Of a stretch of DNA of 64,000 bases, positions 1 through 9,743 are shown piece after piece (position 1 is the first letter of the stretch; the number at the start of each line of letters is the position of its first letter). This DNA is from an uncultured Actinomycetes bacterium (GTDB lineage Bacteria; Actinomycetota; Thermoleophilia; UBA2241), in contig CAVPVX010000001.1 of assembly GCA_963709345.1 (NCBI GenBank), positions 32,001 through 96,000 on the forward strand, in the 5' to 3' direction. The notes under the pieces were generated by a model. It saw only the letters and a program-made list of their open reading frames with translations, did no database searches and had not been told where the DNA came from. A program made the translations under genes and the position numbers.

Positions 1-350
1 GCGGCCTCGATCCGTACCTCGAGGTCGACCGCCTTCTCGTCGTGATTGAGGATCGTGAGCTCTTCGTGGAAGCCGCCGCCGACGGCGCGCTGGCGGATGA
101 CCGACAGCTTGGCGTCGATGTAGACGGTGCCCGTCCCGGGCACGAGGAAGAAGCGCGTCTCGAAGTACTGCAGGTCGTCCACCGAGAGCGGGTTGAGGCG
201 CTGCCCGTCGACCGTGAGGATCCACCGCGAGAGGAACCTGGTGTCGAACGAGAACAGTCCGGTCGGATCGCTCAGCGAGGCCTCGATGTCGCCGCTGTCG
301 TCGCTGACCACGAACGTGTTGCCGTCGAGGATCTTCACGGGGCCGCTCAT
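1..350 (-). CDS. Amylo-alpha-1,6-glucosidase / glycogen debranching family protein, N-terminal part (runs off left edge)
   Basis: Manual translation from ATG at 350: MSGPVKILDGNTFVVSDDSGDIEASLSDPTGLFSFDTRFLSRWILTVDG; matches the N-terminus of actinobacterial debranching-like enzymes; ATGA overlap with upstream gene. Confidence 0.8.
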   Translation of the reverse strand, partial: MSGPVKILDGNTFVVSDDSGDIEASLSDPTGLFSFDTRFLSRWILTVDGQRLNPLSVDDLQYFETRFFLVPGTGTVYIDAKLSVIRQRAVGGGFHEELTILNHDEKAVDLEVRIEA

Positions 351-730
351 GACACGCGCTCCGCGTAGCCCGCTGCGGGCAGCCCGAGAGCGCCCGGCGA
401 GCCGGGGAACAGACGTTGCAGCGCGGTCAGCAGGACGATCTTGCCCTGCGCCTCGAGCGCCCCGCGCAGCAGAGCAGCCATGGCGTTCGCCTTGCCGCTC
501 AGGACCGCGTCGAACGTGGTCGCGTCTCCCGTGAGAATGCAGTCGGGCTTGTCGCCCTGGCGTGCGACGGTCACGACGCCCTTCGCGCTGGTCAGGTACC
601 ACTCGTCGACACGATCGCCGTCCCTGACGTCGAAGCGCACCACGCCGCTGAACGCTGCGAGCGGCCGCTCCACGGACCGCTCCGCGACAGCGTCGAGCAG
701 GCTCTGATCGAGTCTTGCCATTGTCTCCAT
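347..730 (-). CDS. SCP2 sterol/lipid-binding domain protein
   Basis: GVVRFDV..EWYL..GVVTV..PDC..FDAVLSGKANAMAALLRGALEAQG pattern; GGAG RBS; start may be 721. Confidence 0.8.
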   Translation of the reverse strand: METMARLDQSLLDAVAERSVERPLAAFSGVVRFDVRDGDRVDEWYLTSAKGVVTVARQGDKPDCILTGDATTFDAVLSGKANAMAALLRGALEAQGKIVLLTALQRLFPGSPGALGLPAAGYAERVS

Positions 731-736
731 CTCCTT

Positions 737-1504
737 CTACAGACCCTTGTTCCAGCGGGACATGCCGCCGTCGATGTAGTAGGTGCTGCCGGTGACGTAC
801 CCTGCCTCGTCCGAGGCGAGGAAGACGGCGACGGACGCGACTTCGTCGGGCTCGCCGAGCCGGGCGGCGGGAATCACATCCTGCAGGGCGTGCAGCAGCT
901 CGCCGTCGCCGAGGGTGCGCTTGTTGATCGGCGTGGCGATCGCGCCCGGGGCGATGTCGTTGACGGTAATGCCGTGCGGAGCCAGCTCCTGGCACACGGT
1001 GCGCGTGAACATGCGCATGCCGCCCTTGGACGTCGTGTAGGTCGTGTACTCGAGGAAGGCGACGTCCTCGTGGATCGAGGACACGTTGACGATGCGGCCG
1101 CCGTCGCCGGCGGCGATCATTAGCTTCGCAGCGGCCTGTGCGGCGAAGAACGCGCCTTTGAGGTTGACGCCGAGGACGAGGTCGTAGTGCTGTTCGCTGA
1201 CGTCAACGAACGGCTCGCGGACCTCGACGCCGGCGTTGTTCACAAGGACGTCGAGACGGCCGAGGGCGGCGTGCGCGTCGCGCACCAGGCCCTCGGCTTC
1301 CGCGGCGACGCCGACGTTCGCGCCCAGCGCGACCGACTTCCTGCCCAGGGCCTCGATCTGCGCGACCACCTCATGCGCGCTGTCGGCCTCTCTGTGGTAG
1401 TGCACCGCCACGTCGGCGCCCTCGCGGGCGAAGCGCAAGGCGATCGCCTCGCCGATGCCGCTCGAACTGCCGGTCACGAGTGCTGCTTTGCCTTCGAGTC
1501 TCAT
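737..1504 (-). CDS. SDR oxidoreductase, glucose 1-dehydrogenase-like
   Basis: TGSSSGIG, NNAG, SSIHE, YTTSKGG, IAPGAIATPIN motifs typical of the GDH subfamily. Confidence 0.85.
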   Translation of the reverse strand: MRLEGKAALVTGSSSGIGEAIALRFAREGADVAVHYHREADSAHEVVAQIEALGRKSVALGANVGVAAEAEGLVRDAHAALGRLDVLVNNAGVEVREPFVDVSEQHYDLVLGVNLKGAFFAAQAAAKLMIAAGDGGRIVNVSSIHEDVAFLEYTTYTTSKGGMRMFTRTVCQELAPHGITVNDIAPGAIATPINKRTLGDGELLHALQDVIPAARLGEPDEVASVAVFLASDEAGYVTGSTYYIDGGMSRWNKGL

Positions 1505-1525
1505 CGTCGTTCCGCCTTTCGGTGT

Positions 1526-2407
1526 TCACCCGGCGAACGCGTCGGTCGGTAGGCCGGCCACACCGACATCGAGGCGCAGCAGCGCCCCGGCCAGAGGCTG
1601 CCGGGCCACCTCGGAGTCGCTCAGCCCATCGCGGCGCGTGGTCACGTACAGGTCGCGCAGCTCTGGTCCGCCGAAGCAGCAGCTCGTGACCCTGGCTACG
1701 GGCAATCGCACTTCGGCGAGGAGCTCGCCGTCGGACGAGTACCGGTTGAGGCCCCAGCCGCCATGAAGCGCGACCCAGACGCAGCCCTCGACGTCGACGG
1801 TCATGCCGTCCGGGACGGCCCCATCGACCTCGACGGCGGCCAGCGGCCGCCGGTTCTCGAGCGTACCCGTCGCGAGGTCGCAGTCGAAGACGTCGACGCG
1901 CCGCGTCGGGCTGTCGATGAAGTAGAAGCTCCGCCCCGACGGGCTCCAGCCGAGGCCGTTCGAGATCGTGGTCCCCGTGAGCACCGTCGTCACGCTGTAG
2001 TCCGGGTCGACGCGATAGAGCGCCGCCACAGGCGAGCGCTCGTCGAGCGCCATCGTGCCGACCCACAGCCGCCCGGCCGCGTCGCAGGCGCCGTCGTTGG
2101 TGCGCGTGTCGGCCCTCTCGGACTCGATGGCCACGAGACCGATCGAGTGCTCTCCGTTGAGGAAGTGCAGCCCGTCGGGGAGGCCGACGACCACGCCTCC
2201 GCGTCGTCGCGGCAGGGCGAGGCTGACGACGTCGGAGACCTCCCGCACGGCGTCTTCACCGCTTGCGGGGTCGTACCGATGCAGGCGCCTTGCGGGGATG
2301 TCGACCCACAGGAGGGTGTTGGAAGCACTGTCCCAGCGCGGACCCTCGCCGAGCCCGGCGGTGGGCAGCACGGCGATCTCGAAATCGGTGAAACGGGGCA
2401 CGCTCAT
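1526..2407 (-). CDS. SMP-30/gluconolactonase/LRE family protein
   Basis: LGEGPRWD, RTNDGACDAAGRLWVGTM, ISNGLGWSP, PDGMTVD, TSCCFGG; start moved to ATG 2407. Confidence 0.9.
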   Translation of the reverse strand: MSVPRFTDFEIAVLPTAGLGEGPRWDSASNTLLWVDIPARRLHRYDPASGEDAVREVSDVVSLALPRRRGGVVVGLPDGLHFLNGEHSIGLVAIESERADTRTNDGACDAAGRLWVGTMALDERSPVAALYRVDPDYSVTTVLTGTTISNGLGWSPSGRSFYFIDSPTRRVDVFDCDLATGTLENRRPLAAVEVDGAVPDGMTVDVEGCVWVALHGGWGLNRYSSDGELLAEVRLPVARVTSCCFGGPELRDLYVTTRRDGLSDSEVARQPLAGALLRLDVGVAGLPTDAFAG

Positions 2408-2447
2408 ACTCGCCACCTCCAGCCGCCCGGCCGGGTCACGCCCGGGC

Positions 2448-2828
2448 TCACGTCGAGCCCCCGCGAACACGCTCGACTGCGCTCAGCAGGTCGGTCGCGA
2501 TGTCTCGCTTGAGCACGAAGGCGTCGGCGCCGGCCGCGATGGCCGCCCGGCGCACACTCTGCTCGTCGTGGACGCTGACGACGATCACTTTGAGCTCGGG
2601 GCAGCGGCGACGAAGCTCCCGAAGCCAATCCAAGCCGCTCTCCTGGGCCAGAGACAGATCCACGACGGCCACTTCGGGCCGAACCCGGCAGGCTCCCTCG
2701 AGGAGCGACGCCTCATCAGCCACCATGACCACGGTCCCAAACGCCGTCTCGAGCAACCCACGCACGCCCTCCGTGAGGCCGTGATGGCGGTCCGCCAGCA
2801 GCACGCAGCCCGGAGGTGTCTCGTGCAT
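2448..2828 (-). CDS. Stand-alone response regulator receiver domain protein
   Basis: VLLAD, VVDLSL (phospho-Asp), VSVH, AGADAFVLK; no output domain. Confidence 0.85.
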   Translation of the reverse strand: MHETPPGCVLLADRHHGLTEGVRGLLETAFGTVVMVADEASLLEGACRVRPEVAVVDLSLAQESGLDWLRELRRRCPELKVIVVSVHDEQSVRRAAIAAGADAFVLKRDIATDLLSAVERVRGGST

Positions 2829-2890
2829 CGATGCCCAGCTTTCTCCGCGACCGTGAACGCGGCGCTACCTGTCCGTGGGAGGTCCATCGC

Positions 2891-2961
2891 AGACTAGCCG
2901 GGATCGGCAGGGCTGTGACCTCGGGAAAGTACGGGGCTCGTCGCTGGGGAACTACGGGGTC
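2891..2961 (-). promoter_or_regulatory. Conserved promoter/operator copy A (two boxes + GTCACA-17-TAGTCT) facing the leftward operon
   Basis: Near-identical to 7870-7940 and 7980-8050. Confidence 0.65.
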
Positions 2962-3009
2962 TCCGGGCGGGAGGCGGAAGGCCGGCCACTACTGCCCCGC
3001 AGCCCGCCA

Positions 3010-5028
3010 ATGGTGTACCTTGGTCTCGTGAGCAGCACCGGTGAGATACCACGCTCGGCGCAGCACGAGACCGGCCGCCTCGAGTTCGAGACGCTGATCT
3101 CCGACCTCTCCTCCCGGTTCATCAATCTCCCCCCCGAAGACGTGCACGGGGAGATCGAAGACACGCAGCGCCGCGTGTGCGAGGTCCTCGGCATCGATCT
3201 CTCGGCGCTCTGGGAAGGGCCGGCCGCGGGCGGAGGCCCCCTCACGCTCACCCACTTCTACAGCTCGCAAGAGGGACTGCTGCCGCCCATGCGAGGGATG
3301 AGCGCCGCGGAGTACTTCCCCTGGCTCCAGCAGGAGATGCTGGCCGGCCGCACCGTGGCGGCCGCCGCCCTCGACGAGCTTCCGGAACCCGCCACCCTCG
3401 ACCGCGACAATCTGCGCCTGTTCGGAGTCAAATCGAATCTGACCATCCCGCTCACCGTTGGAGGGACGTCGCCGATCGGCGCCTTGGGCTTCAATACCAC
3501 GCGAGCGGAGCGCGACTGGCCCGCGACACTGGTGAAGCGGCTGCAGCTGGTCGCCCAGGTCTTCGCCAATGCGCTGGCGCGAAAGCGCACCGACGAACTG
3601 CTGCGGGAGAGCGAAGCGCGTCTCGCGATGGCGGCGGACGCCGCCGAGGCGGGGCTGTGGAGCCTGGACTACCGCACCGGGGTCTTCTGGGTCACAGACA
3701 GGACTCGGGCGATCTTCGGCTTCTCGCCGGACGAGGTCGTCACCATGGAACGGTTCGAGGCTACCGTGCATCCCGACGAGCTCGATCTTGTCCGGAGGAC
3801 CATCGAGCGGTCCGTGCAGGCGACCGACGAACCCGCGTACGCCGAGTACCGGATCCTGTCGAGCGACGGCGCCGCCCGCTGGGTGGCGTCGCGCGGGCGA
3901 CCGCGATCCACGTCCGGCGGCCCGCCGGACCGCCTGATGGGAGTGACCGTCGACATCAGCGAGCGCAGACGCGCTCAGGAGGAGCTGCGCGCGAGCGAGG
4001 CCCGTCTCGCGGCGGGAGTCGAGCTCGCCGGCCTCGGGTTCTACGAGCTGGACTACGGCGCCGGCGTCGCCTGGGCCGACGACCGGTTCCGTGACATCAT
4101 CGGCGCCCCTCCCGACGACGGCAGCGATCTCCGGATCCTGGAGTTCTGGACGGAGCACCTGCATCCCGACGACCGGCAGATCCTGCTCAGCGCACGCGAG
4201 AAGCTGCACGACGGGAGGCTGGACCTGCTCTCCGTCGAGTACCGCTTCCTCCACCCGACCCGTGGGCAGAGGTGGATCCGGCACCTCGCCCGCGTCGCCA
4301 CGCGCGACGCCGACGGACTCAGGATCAAGGTGTACGGGGTCCTCCGCGACATGACGTCACGCAAACAGGTCGAGGAAGACCTGCACGAGCTGAGCCGGCG
4401 CCTGATCGGGGCTCACGAGGAGGAGCGGGCGATGCTCGCGCGTGAGCTGCACGACGACGTGACGCAGCGGCTCGCCGTGCTGGCGATCGACGTCGGCCGC
4501 GCCGAGCTCGCGGCGCCGGATCCGGCGCAGGCCGAGGCGATGCAAGCGGTCCGCGCGGGGCTCGTGCGCCTCAGCGAGGACATCCATTCCCTGGCCTACC
4601 AGCTGCACCCCTCGGTCCTCGAGGAGCTCGGCCTCGCCGAGGCGCTGCGGGCGGAGTGCGAACGGCGGGAGCGCCAGGGTCGGCTCGACCTCGCGCTGAA
4701 CGTCGAACCGCTGCCTGCCGGTTTGGGGACGGACGCGGCGCTCTGCCTGTTCCGCGTCGCGCAGGAGGCGCTGAACAACGTGGCCCGCCACGCCGGCGTG
4801 CGCACCGCGAGCGTCACGCTGCGGCCGATGGACGGCGGGTTGCTCCTCGCCGTCTCCGACGCCGGCGCCGGCTTCGATCCGACGAGTCCCAAGGAGGGGA
4901 TGCACCTCGGACTCGCGAGCATGCGCGAGCGCGTGCGACTCGTGCACGGCACGCTCGACATCGAGAGCGCGCCCGGCCAGGGCACGACTGTCCTCGCCTG
5001 GGTGCCCACCGAAGAAGCGTCGCGATGA
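3010..5028 (+). CDS. Cytoplasmic sensor histidine kinase, GAF + 2 PAS/PAC + HisKA_3 + HATPase
   Basis: EEERAMLARELHDDVTQ H-box, QEALNNVARHA, DAGAGF, GLASMRER, GQGT; HPDE/HPDD PAS motifs; no TM segment; start 3010 or leaderless GTG 3028. Confidence 0.92.
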   Translation: MVYLGLVSSTGEIPRSAQHETGRLEFETLISDLSSRFINLPPEDVHGEIEDTQRRVCEVLGIDLSALWEGPAAGGGPLTLTHFYSSQEGLLPPMRGMSAAEYFPWLQQEMLAGRTVAAAALDELPEPATLDRDNLRLFGVKSNLTIPLTVGGTSPIGALGFNTTRAERDWPATLVKRLQLVAQVFANALARKRTDELLRESEARLAMAADAAEAGLWSLDYRTGVFWVTDRTRAIFGFSPDEVVTMERFEATVHPDELDLVRRTIERSVQATDEPAYAEYRILSSDGAARWVASRGRPRSTSGGPPDRLMGVTVDISERRRAQEELRASEARLAAGVELAGLGFYELDYGAGVAWADDRFRDIIGAPPDDGSDLRILEFWTEHLHPDDRQILLSAREKLHDGRLDLLSVEYRFLHPTRGQRWIRHLARVATRDADGLRIKVYGVLRDMTSRKQVEEDLHELSRRLIGAHEEERAMLARELHDDVTQRLAVLAIDVGRAELAAPDPAQAEAMQAVRAGLVRLSEDIHSLAYQLHPSVLEELGLAEALRAECERRERQGRLDLALNVEPLPAGLGTDAALCLFRVAQEALNNVARHAGVRTASVTLRPMDGGLLLAVSDAGAGFDPTSPKEGMHLGLASMRERVRLVHGTLDIESAPGQGTTVLAWVPTEEASR

Positions 5029-5676
5029 GGCCGCTGCGCCCTCCGCGGGTCCTGCTCGCCGACGACCATCTGATGGTCGCCGAGGCGCTCAAGAGCCTGC
5101 TCAGCTCCGAAGTTCGACCTGGTCGGCGTCGTCGAAGACGGGCGCGCGCTGGTCGAGGCGGCCGGGCGGCTGCACCCGGACGTCATCGTCGCCGACATCA
5201 CCATGCCCCACCTCAACGGCATCGACGCCTTGATCCGACTGAGGCAGAGCGGCGACCAGGTGCCGTTCGTGTTTCTCACGATGCACCGGGATGCGACCTT
5301 TGCCCGGCGCGCGCTGGAAGCGGGGGCTTCGGGCTTCGTACTCAAGCACTCGGCGACCGTCGAGCTGATCACCGCGCTTGACGCCGCGCTCGACGGCAAG
5401 ACGTACCTCACGCCGCAGCTCGCGGGGGAGGTCCTCGAGGCCATGCGACGGGGACCGGAGCGGCTCGAGGATCCGATCAACGCCCTCACGCCGCGGCAGC
5501 GGGAAGTCCTGCAACTCCTGGCGGAGGGGCGCTCGGCCAAGGAGATCGCCACGAGCCTCTCGATCTCCGCGCGCACGGTCGAATTCCACAAGTACCAGAT
5601 GATGGAGACGCTGGACCTGCACACCAACGCCGACCTGATCCACTTCGCCATCAAGCACGGCCTCGTCGAGCTCTGA
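5025..5676 (+). CDS. NarL/LuxR-family response regulator (single-base frameshift near 5110)
   Basis: VLLADDH in one frame, continuing EFDLVGVVEDG..ADITMP..LTPRQREVLQLLAEGRSAKEIA..TVEFHK in the next; extra A in GAAG. Confidence 0.88.
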
Positions 5677-5939
5677 TCGGCCGGCGCGCGGCAGGCCGGC
5701 CCGTGTCGGCGAGAACGTCCGCTGTCGCTTGCTCGCCCGAGGGTTTGAAGATGCCCGAGGCCCGGATGCGCCCGACGGCAATGACTGCGGTGGCGGTGAG
5801 CGGGGCTGGAATGCCGCCGCCGATCGGCGTCGCCGCCCTGCGCTGGACCTTCACGACGCCGGCGTCACCCCAGCCAGGTACGGTGCTCTCGTCCTCCCGA
5901 GCGCGGGGTCGCGCAGTCCAGGTCGCACCGGCTCGCAGC

Positions 5940-7243
5940 TCAACCCGGTCGCTCGCTCTTGCGCAGCCGCTCGACGTCCGCGGCCCCGAGCTGGCGCCGC
6001 CGACGCGGCATCGTCGCCGGCGCCGCTTCTGCCGCTGCCGGATGGACCTTCGCGTGGCTCTCGTACCAACGGTGGTAGGCACTCACCAGGGGCGCCGAGG
6101 TGAGGCCGTGGAGCAGGACGCTCAGGGCCACAGTGAGGACCACGGTGGTGAGCAGCGTCTGCTCCTCGGGCACGCCTCGCTCGAGCACGAGCAGGGCGAA
6201 CACCACGGAGGCGAGGCCCCGTGGGCCGAACCAGCCGATGAACGCCACAGTCGGACGTCGCATGCCTTGGCCGGCCAGGGCGATCGCCACCGGGATCATG
6301 CGCACCAGCGTGAGGCTGAGCGTCGCGTACAGCACGACCTGCCAGGTGACGTGCGGGATGGCCCAGGCGAGGGCGAAGGCGCCGAAGCCGATCCAGGTGA
6401 CGGCGGCGAGCAAGCCGCCGGTCTCCTCCGTGAGCAGCGTCACGGCCGAGCCCTGCTGGCCGCAGAAGCGGCCGAAGGCGAGGCCCCCGACGAAGGCGGC
6501 GATGAAGCCGCTGCCGCCGAGCGTCAGGGCCAAGGCATAGGCGAGCAAGGCGGCGGCCAGCACGACGATCTGCCGCCACTCGCCGCCGATCCAGCCCCGG
6601 CGGGCGGCGACACGGAGAAGCAGTGCCCCGAAGAGGCCGGCGGCCAAGCCGGCGGCGAGCCCCAACCGATCTGCTCGGCGGCGTTCGTGACCACCGCCCA
6701 GGTGACCCCTGTCGTCAGTTCGGCGTTGGCGAGGTAGAGAGCCACCAGGAAGAACGGCACGGCGAGGCCGTCGTTGAGGCCGCTCTCCACGTCGAGCGCC
6801 TGCCGCACGCGATCGGGCACCGACGGGTCGGTGACGACCTTCTGGCCGAGGGCAGCGTCGGTCGACGAGAGCATGATCGCGAGCAGGAAGACGGAGGCGA
6901 GCGCCATGCCGGGGAAGATGAGCACGCCGACGCCGGCCCCGGCCAGCATCGTCAGGGGCAGGCCGATGAGCAAGAGGCGGCTCGGCCAGCCGAGCTCGTG
7001 GCGCAGGGCGCGCAAGTCGAGGCGCGCGGCGTCGCTGAAGAGCAGCAGCACGAGGGCGATCTCGGTGACGCGCTGCGCCACCTCGCTCTCGACGGAGACT
7101 CCGAGCAGGCCGAGCACCTTCGGCCCAGCCAGGAAGCCGGCGACCACGAAGACGATCGCCGAGGTGACCCCGCGACGGTCCAGCGGCGCAGAGAACGCGC
7201 CCCAGACGATGATGACGACGGCGATGGTCGCGAGGCCCACCAT
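5940..7243 (-). CDS. Cation:proton antiporter, CPA1/NhaP family (frameshift near 6660)
   Basis: LLFSDA, STDAALG, VESGLNDGL, GWFGPRGLAS; two ORFs join at a G run. Confidence 0.88.
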
Positions 7244-7247
7244 GTTC

Positions 7248-7807
7248 CTATCCCTTCTCGTGTCCCACGGCCGCGAACGGGCCGAGCAGCGCATCCTTCT
7301 GCGAACCGGCGGCGGCGACCTCTATCGTTTGACCGTCGGTCGAGAGGACCGCCACGATGGGATCATCGAGGCGCCGCAGCGCGTGAGCTTCCTCGGCGGT
7401 GAGCTCACGCAGCGCCGCGGACCGCACCCGGTCGAGGGACTCGTTCCAGCTGGACGGGCTGTCGGCGGAGCCCGCGGCCTAGCTTGCGTATCGGTCTGGC
7501 GTCCACGTAGGCCGAACCGCTGCGCCCGTCGTTCACGCTGCCTTCCTCCTCACGTGGACACGAAGTCCCCGCACCGGTGGTCCTGCCCTGAGGTGCGTCG
7601 TGGCGGGCAGATGGCCGAGCGCGGTCACGCCCTTGAGCGCCAAGTCGCCGGCGCCGGCGACCGTCCCGACGGATCCGTGGCGGTGTCGCAGGCCGGGCAC
7701 TCCTCCAGAGTGCTCTCGCCGAGACGCACACGGAGCGTTTTCACGCCGAGCAAGATGGCCGCGCCGCAGCGCTCCCAGGCGCGCCACCCCCAGCGCCCTT
7801 CAAGCAT
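7248..7807 (-). pseudogene. One or two decayed small ORFs, one with a CxxC zinc-finger remnant
   Basis: MLEGRWGWRAWERCGAAILLG..ECPAC then early stop; coding-like SWNESLDRVRSAALRELTAEEAH..HEKG* without an in-frame start. Confidence 0.35.
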
Positions 7808-7869
7808 CTCGCTCTCTCGCCCGTCTCTGCCGCCGCGTGTCGCCACGATCCCCCCCGTCCGGTGCCTGG

Positions 7870-7940
7870 AGACTAGTCGGGATGTGGGGCGGTGTGACCT
7901 CGGAAAAGTGCGGGGCGTCTGGCTGAGAAACTACGAGGTC
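7870..7940 (-). promoter_or_regulatory. Conserved promoter/operator copy B facing left
   Basis: GTCACA-17-TAGTCT on minus strand with two boxes at 23-bp period. Confidence 0.65.
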
Positions 7941-7979
7941 GAGGGCGGCGACGCGGGCACGCCCCAGCTTACCCGGGGA

Positions 7980-8050
7980 CCCCTCGTAGTTCCCGAGCCG
8001 CTCCCCTCGTAGTTTCCCGAGGTCACAACCCTCCTGATCCCGGCTAGCCT
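7980..8050 (+). promoter_or_regulatory. Conserved promoter/operator copy C facing the rhodanese operon
   Basis: CCTCGTAGTTCCCGAG..CCTCGTAGTTTCCCGAGG, GTCACA (8022-8027)-17-TAGCCT (8045-8050). Confidence 0.7.
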
Positions 8051-8091
8051 CCACCGTGACGCACACCGTGGAGTCACGCAAAGGAGGGCAC

Positions 8092-8481
8092 ATGCCCACG
8101 TCCGTCGCCGAGATGATCGCGGAAGCCAACGCCCAGATCGAGACCGTGTCACCGACAGACGCCGCCGCAGAGGCCGCGGCGGGCACGGCGGTGCTCCTCG
8201 ACGTCCGCGAGCCGGTGGAGTGGGAGCACCACATCGCCGGCTCGGTCCAGATCCCCAGGGGCCTGCTCGAGTTCGCCGCCGACCCCGTAAGCCCCCGCCA
8301 CAAGGCAGAGCTGGACCCGGCCGGCCGCGTGATCGTGTACTGCCGCTCCGGCGCACGCTCCGTGCTCGCCTGCGAAACGCTCAAAGCCATGGGCTACGAG
8401 AACGTGGCCAACCTCGAGGGAGGCTTCGGCGCCTGGCAGGCGGCCGGCCTGCCCAGCAACGAGCACCACGACGGTCTGTGA
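8092..8481 (+). CDS. Single-domain rhodanese (sulfurtransferase)
   Basis: LLDVREPVEW..HIAGS, YCRSGARS, NLEGGFGAW; AGGAGG RBS. Confidence 0.92.
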   Translation: MPTSVAEMIAEANAQIETVSPTDAAAEAAAGTAVLLDVREPVEWEHHIAGSVQIPRGLLEFAADPVSPRHKAELDPAGRVIVYCRSGARSVLACETLKAMGYENVANLEGGFGAWQAAGLPSNEHHDGL

Positions 8482-8539
8482 GCACGAACCTCGACCGCAC
8501 TTCCGCCGCGCGAATCGACAGGCAACGAGAGAGGATCTG

Positions 8540-9709
8540 ATGATGGCAGAGCAGGAACGGGTGAGCACCACGGTACCCCTGGACTGGAACGAAGTGTGGT
8601 TCACCAACTGCCCGATGGTGTCCGCCAACAACGTCGACCAGGAGCTGGGCTGGTGCCGCGAGGAGCTCAAGAAGATCGGCGTCGAGTACGCCTACTTCCG
8701 TCACGCACCCGAGAACAACTTCTACCCCCACTACATCCACAATCTCGACAACCTCGTCCGCTTCGGCGGCCTCTACCCGCCGATCCACGTCCACGCCGAC
8801 CTGCGCCGCACAGTGCTTCTGGGCGCGACGCAGGTCCATGAGGGCGGCGTGATGATGGTGCGCGCCCGCGACGACATCTTCCGGATTGAGGAGCTCAAGG
8901 GCAAGAAGATCGGCCTCACCAAAAGCTTGAACACCATCAAGACCGACTGGTGGCGCATCCAGGAGCACGCCGGTATCGAGCTCATGTTGCGCATCCACGG
9001 CATGAGCATGGACGACATCGAGCTCGTCGAGTTTCCCTACCCCGACGACTGGTACGACAAGCCCGAGATGCTCAAGGTGCCGATGAACAACCCTTCGGAG
9101 CTGTGGCTGCGCCGAGACCACAAGCACGACATGGCCTTCCGTCCGTTGGAGAAGGCGCTCCTGGACGGCACCGTGGATGCCATCTACAACCAAAGCAAGC
9201 CCTTGCAGCAGCTCTCGGAGGCCACGGGCAAGATCAAGTCCATCGAGGACCTTTCTCGCTATCCGGACTGGACGATGCAGATGGCCAACTGCCCCGCCGT
9301 CATCACCTGCACCGACGTGATGGCCGACGAGCATCCCGAACTGGTCATCGCCTACATGAAGGCCATGATCAAAGTCGGGCGCTGGGCGAACCGCAACAAG
9401 CACGCCGCCGCCGAGATCCTCAACCGGCAGACCTTCTACCTCGACGCCGAGCACACCTACCAGGGCATCAAGCACGTTGACATGGTGCCGAGCCTGAGCG
9501 CGCAGAACAAAGAGTCGATCAAGATCGGCAAGGACTTCATGTTCAGCCACGGCTACATCAAGCGCGACTTCGACGTCGACGAGTGGGCCCGGCCGGAGTT
9601 CCTGGAGAAGGCGGCCGAGGAAGTGCTCAAGGAGGAATGGGCGGTCAGGAGCTGGAGCAAGCTTCCCCAAGGCGGCGGGCTTGAGGTGCAAGGCACGCGA
9701 CTCGGGTGA
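8540..9709 (+). CDS. DszB-like (aryl-sulfinate desulfinase / PBP2 fold) cytoplasmic protein
   Basis: FTNCP, HYIH..VRFGG.YPP, ELKGKKIGL resemble the DszB Cys/His/Arg-Gly catalytic segments; no signal peptide. Confidence 0.7.
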   Translation: MMAEQERVSTTVPLDWNEVWFTNCPMVSANNVDQELGWCREELKKIGVEYAYFRHAPENNFYPHYIHNLDNLVRFGGLYPPIHVHADLRRTVLLGATQVHEGGVMMVRARDDIFRIEELKGKKIGLTKSLNTIKTDWWRIQEHAGIELMLRIHGMSMDDIELVEFPYPDDWYDKPEMLKVPMNNPSELWLRRDHKHDMAFRPLEKALLDGTVDAIYNQSKPLQQLSEATGKIKSIEDLSRYPDWTMQMANCPAVITCTDVMADEHPELVIAYMKAMIKVGRWANRNKHAAAEILNRQTFYLDAEHTYQGIKHVDMVPSLSAQNKESIKIGKDFMFSHGYIKRDFDVDEWARPEFLEKAAEEVLKEEWAVRSWSKLPQGGGLEVQGTRLG

Positions 9710-9743
9710 CATCGGTCACGACAACGACAATTGAGGAGACACA

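Noticed and set aside
5677-5939. Coding or RNA element between the regulator and the antiporter
   Set aside because: No credible start, RBS, motif or stable structure recognised.
7479-7481. In-frame TAG as pyrrolysine readthrough
   Set aside because: The frame has no start upstream and the region looks decayed; no pyl genes in the window.
7870-8050. Inverted repeat as a MITE or transposon
   Set aside because: No target-site duplication or transposase; each arm carries -35/-10 geometry facing a gene, and a solo copy lies at 2891.
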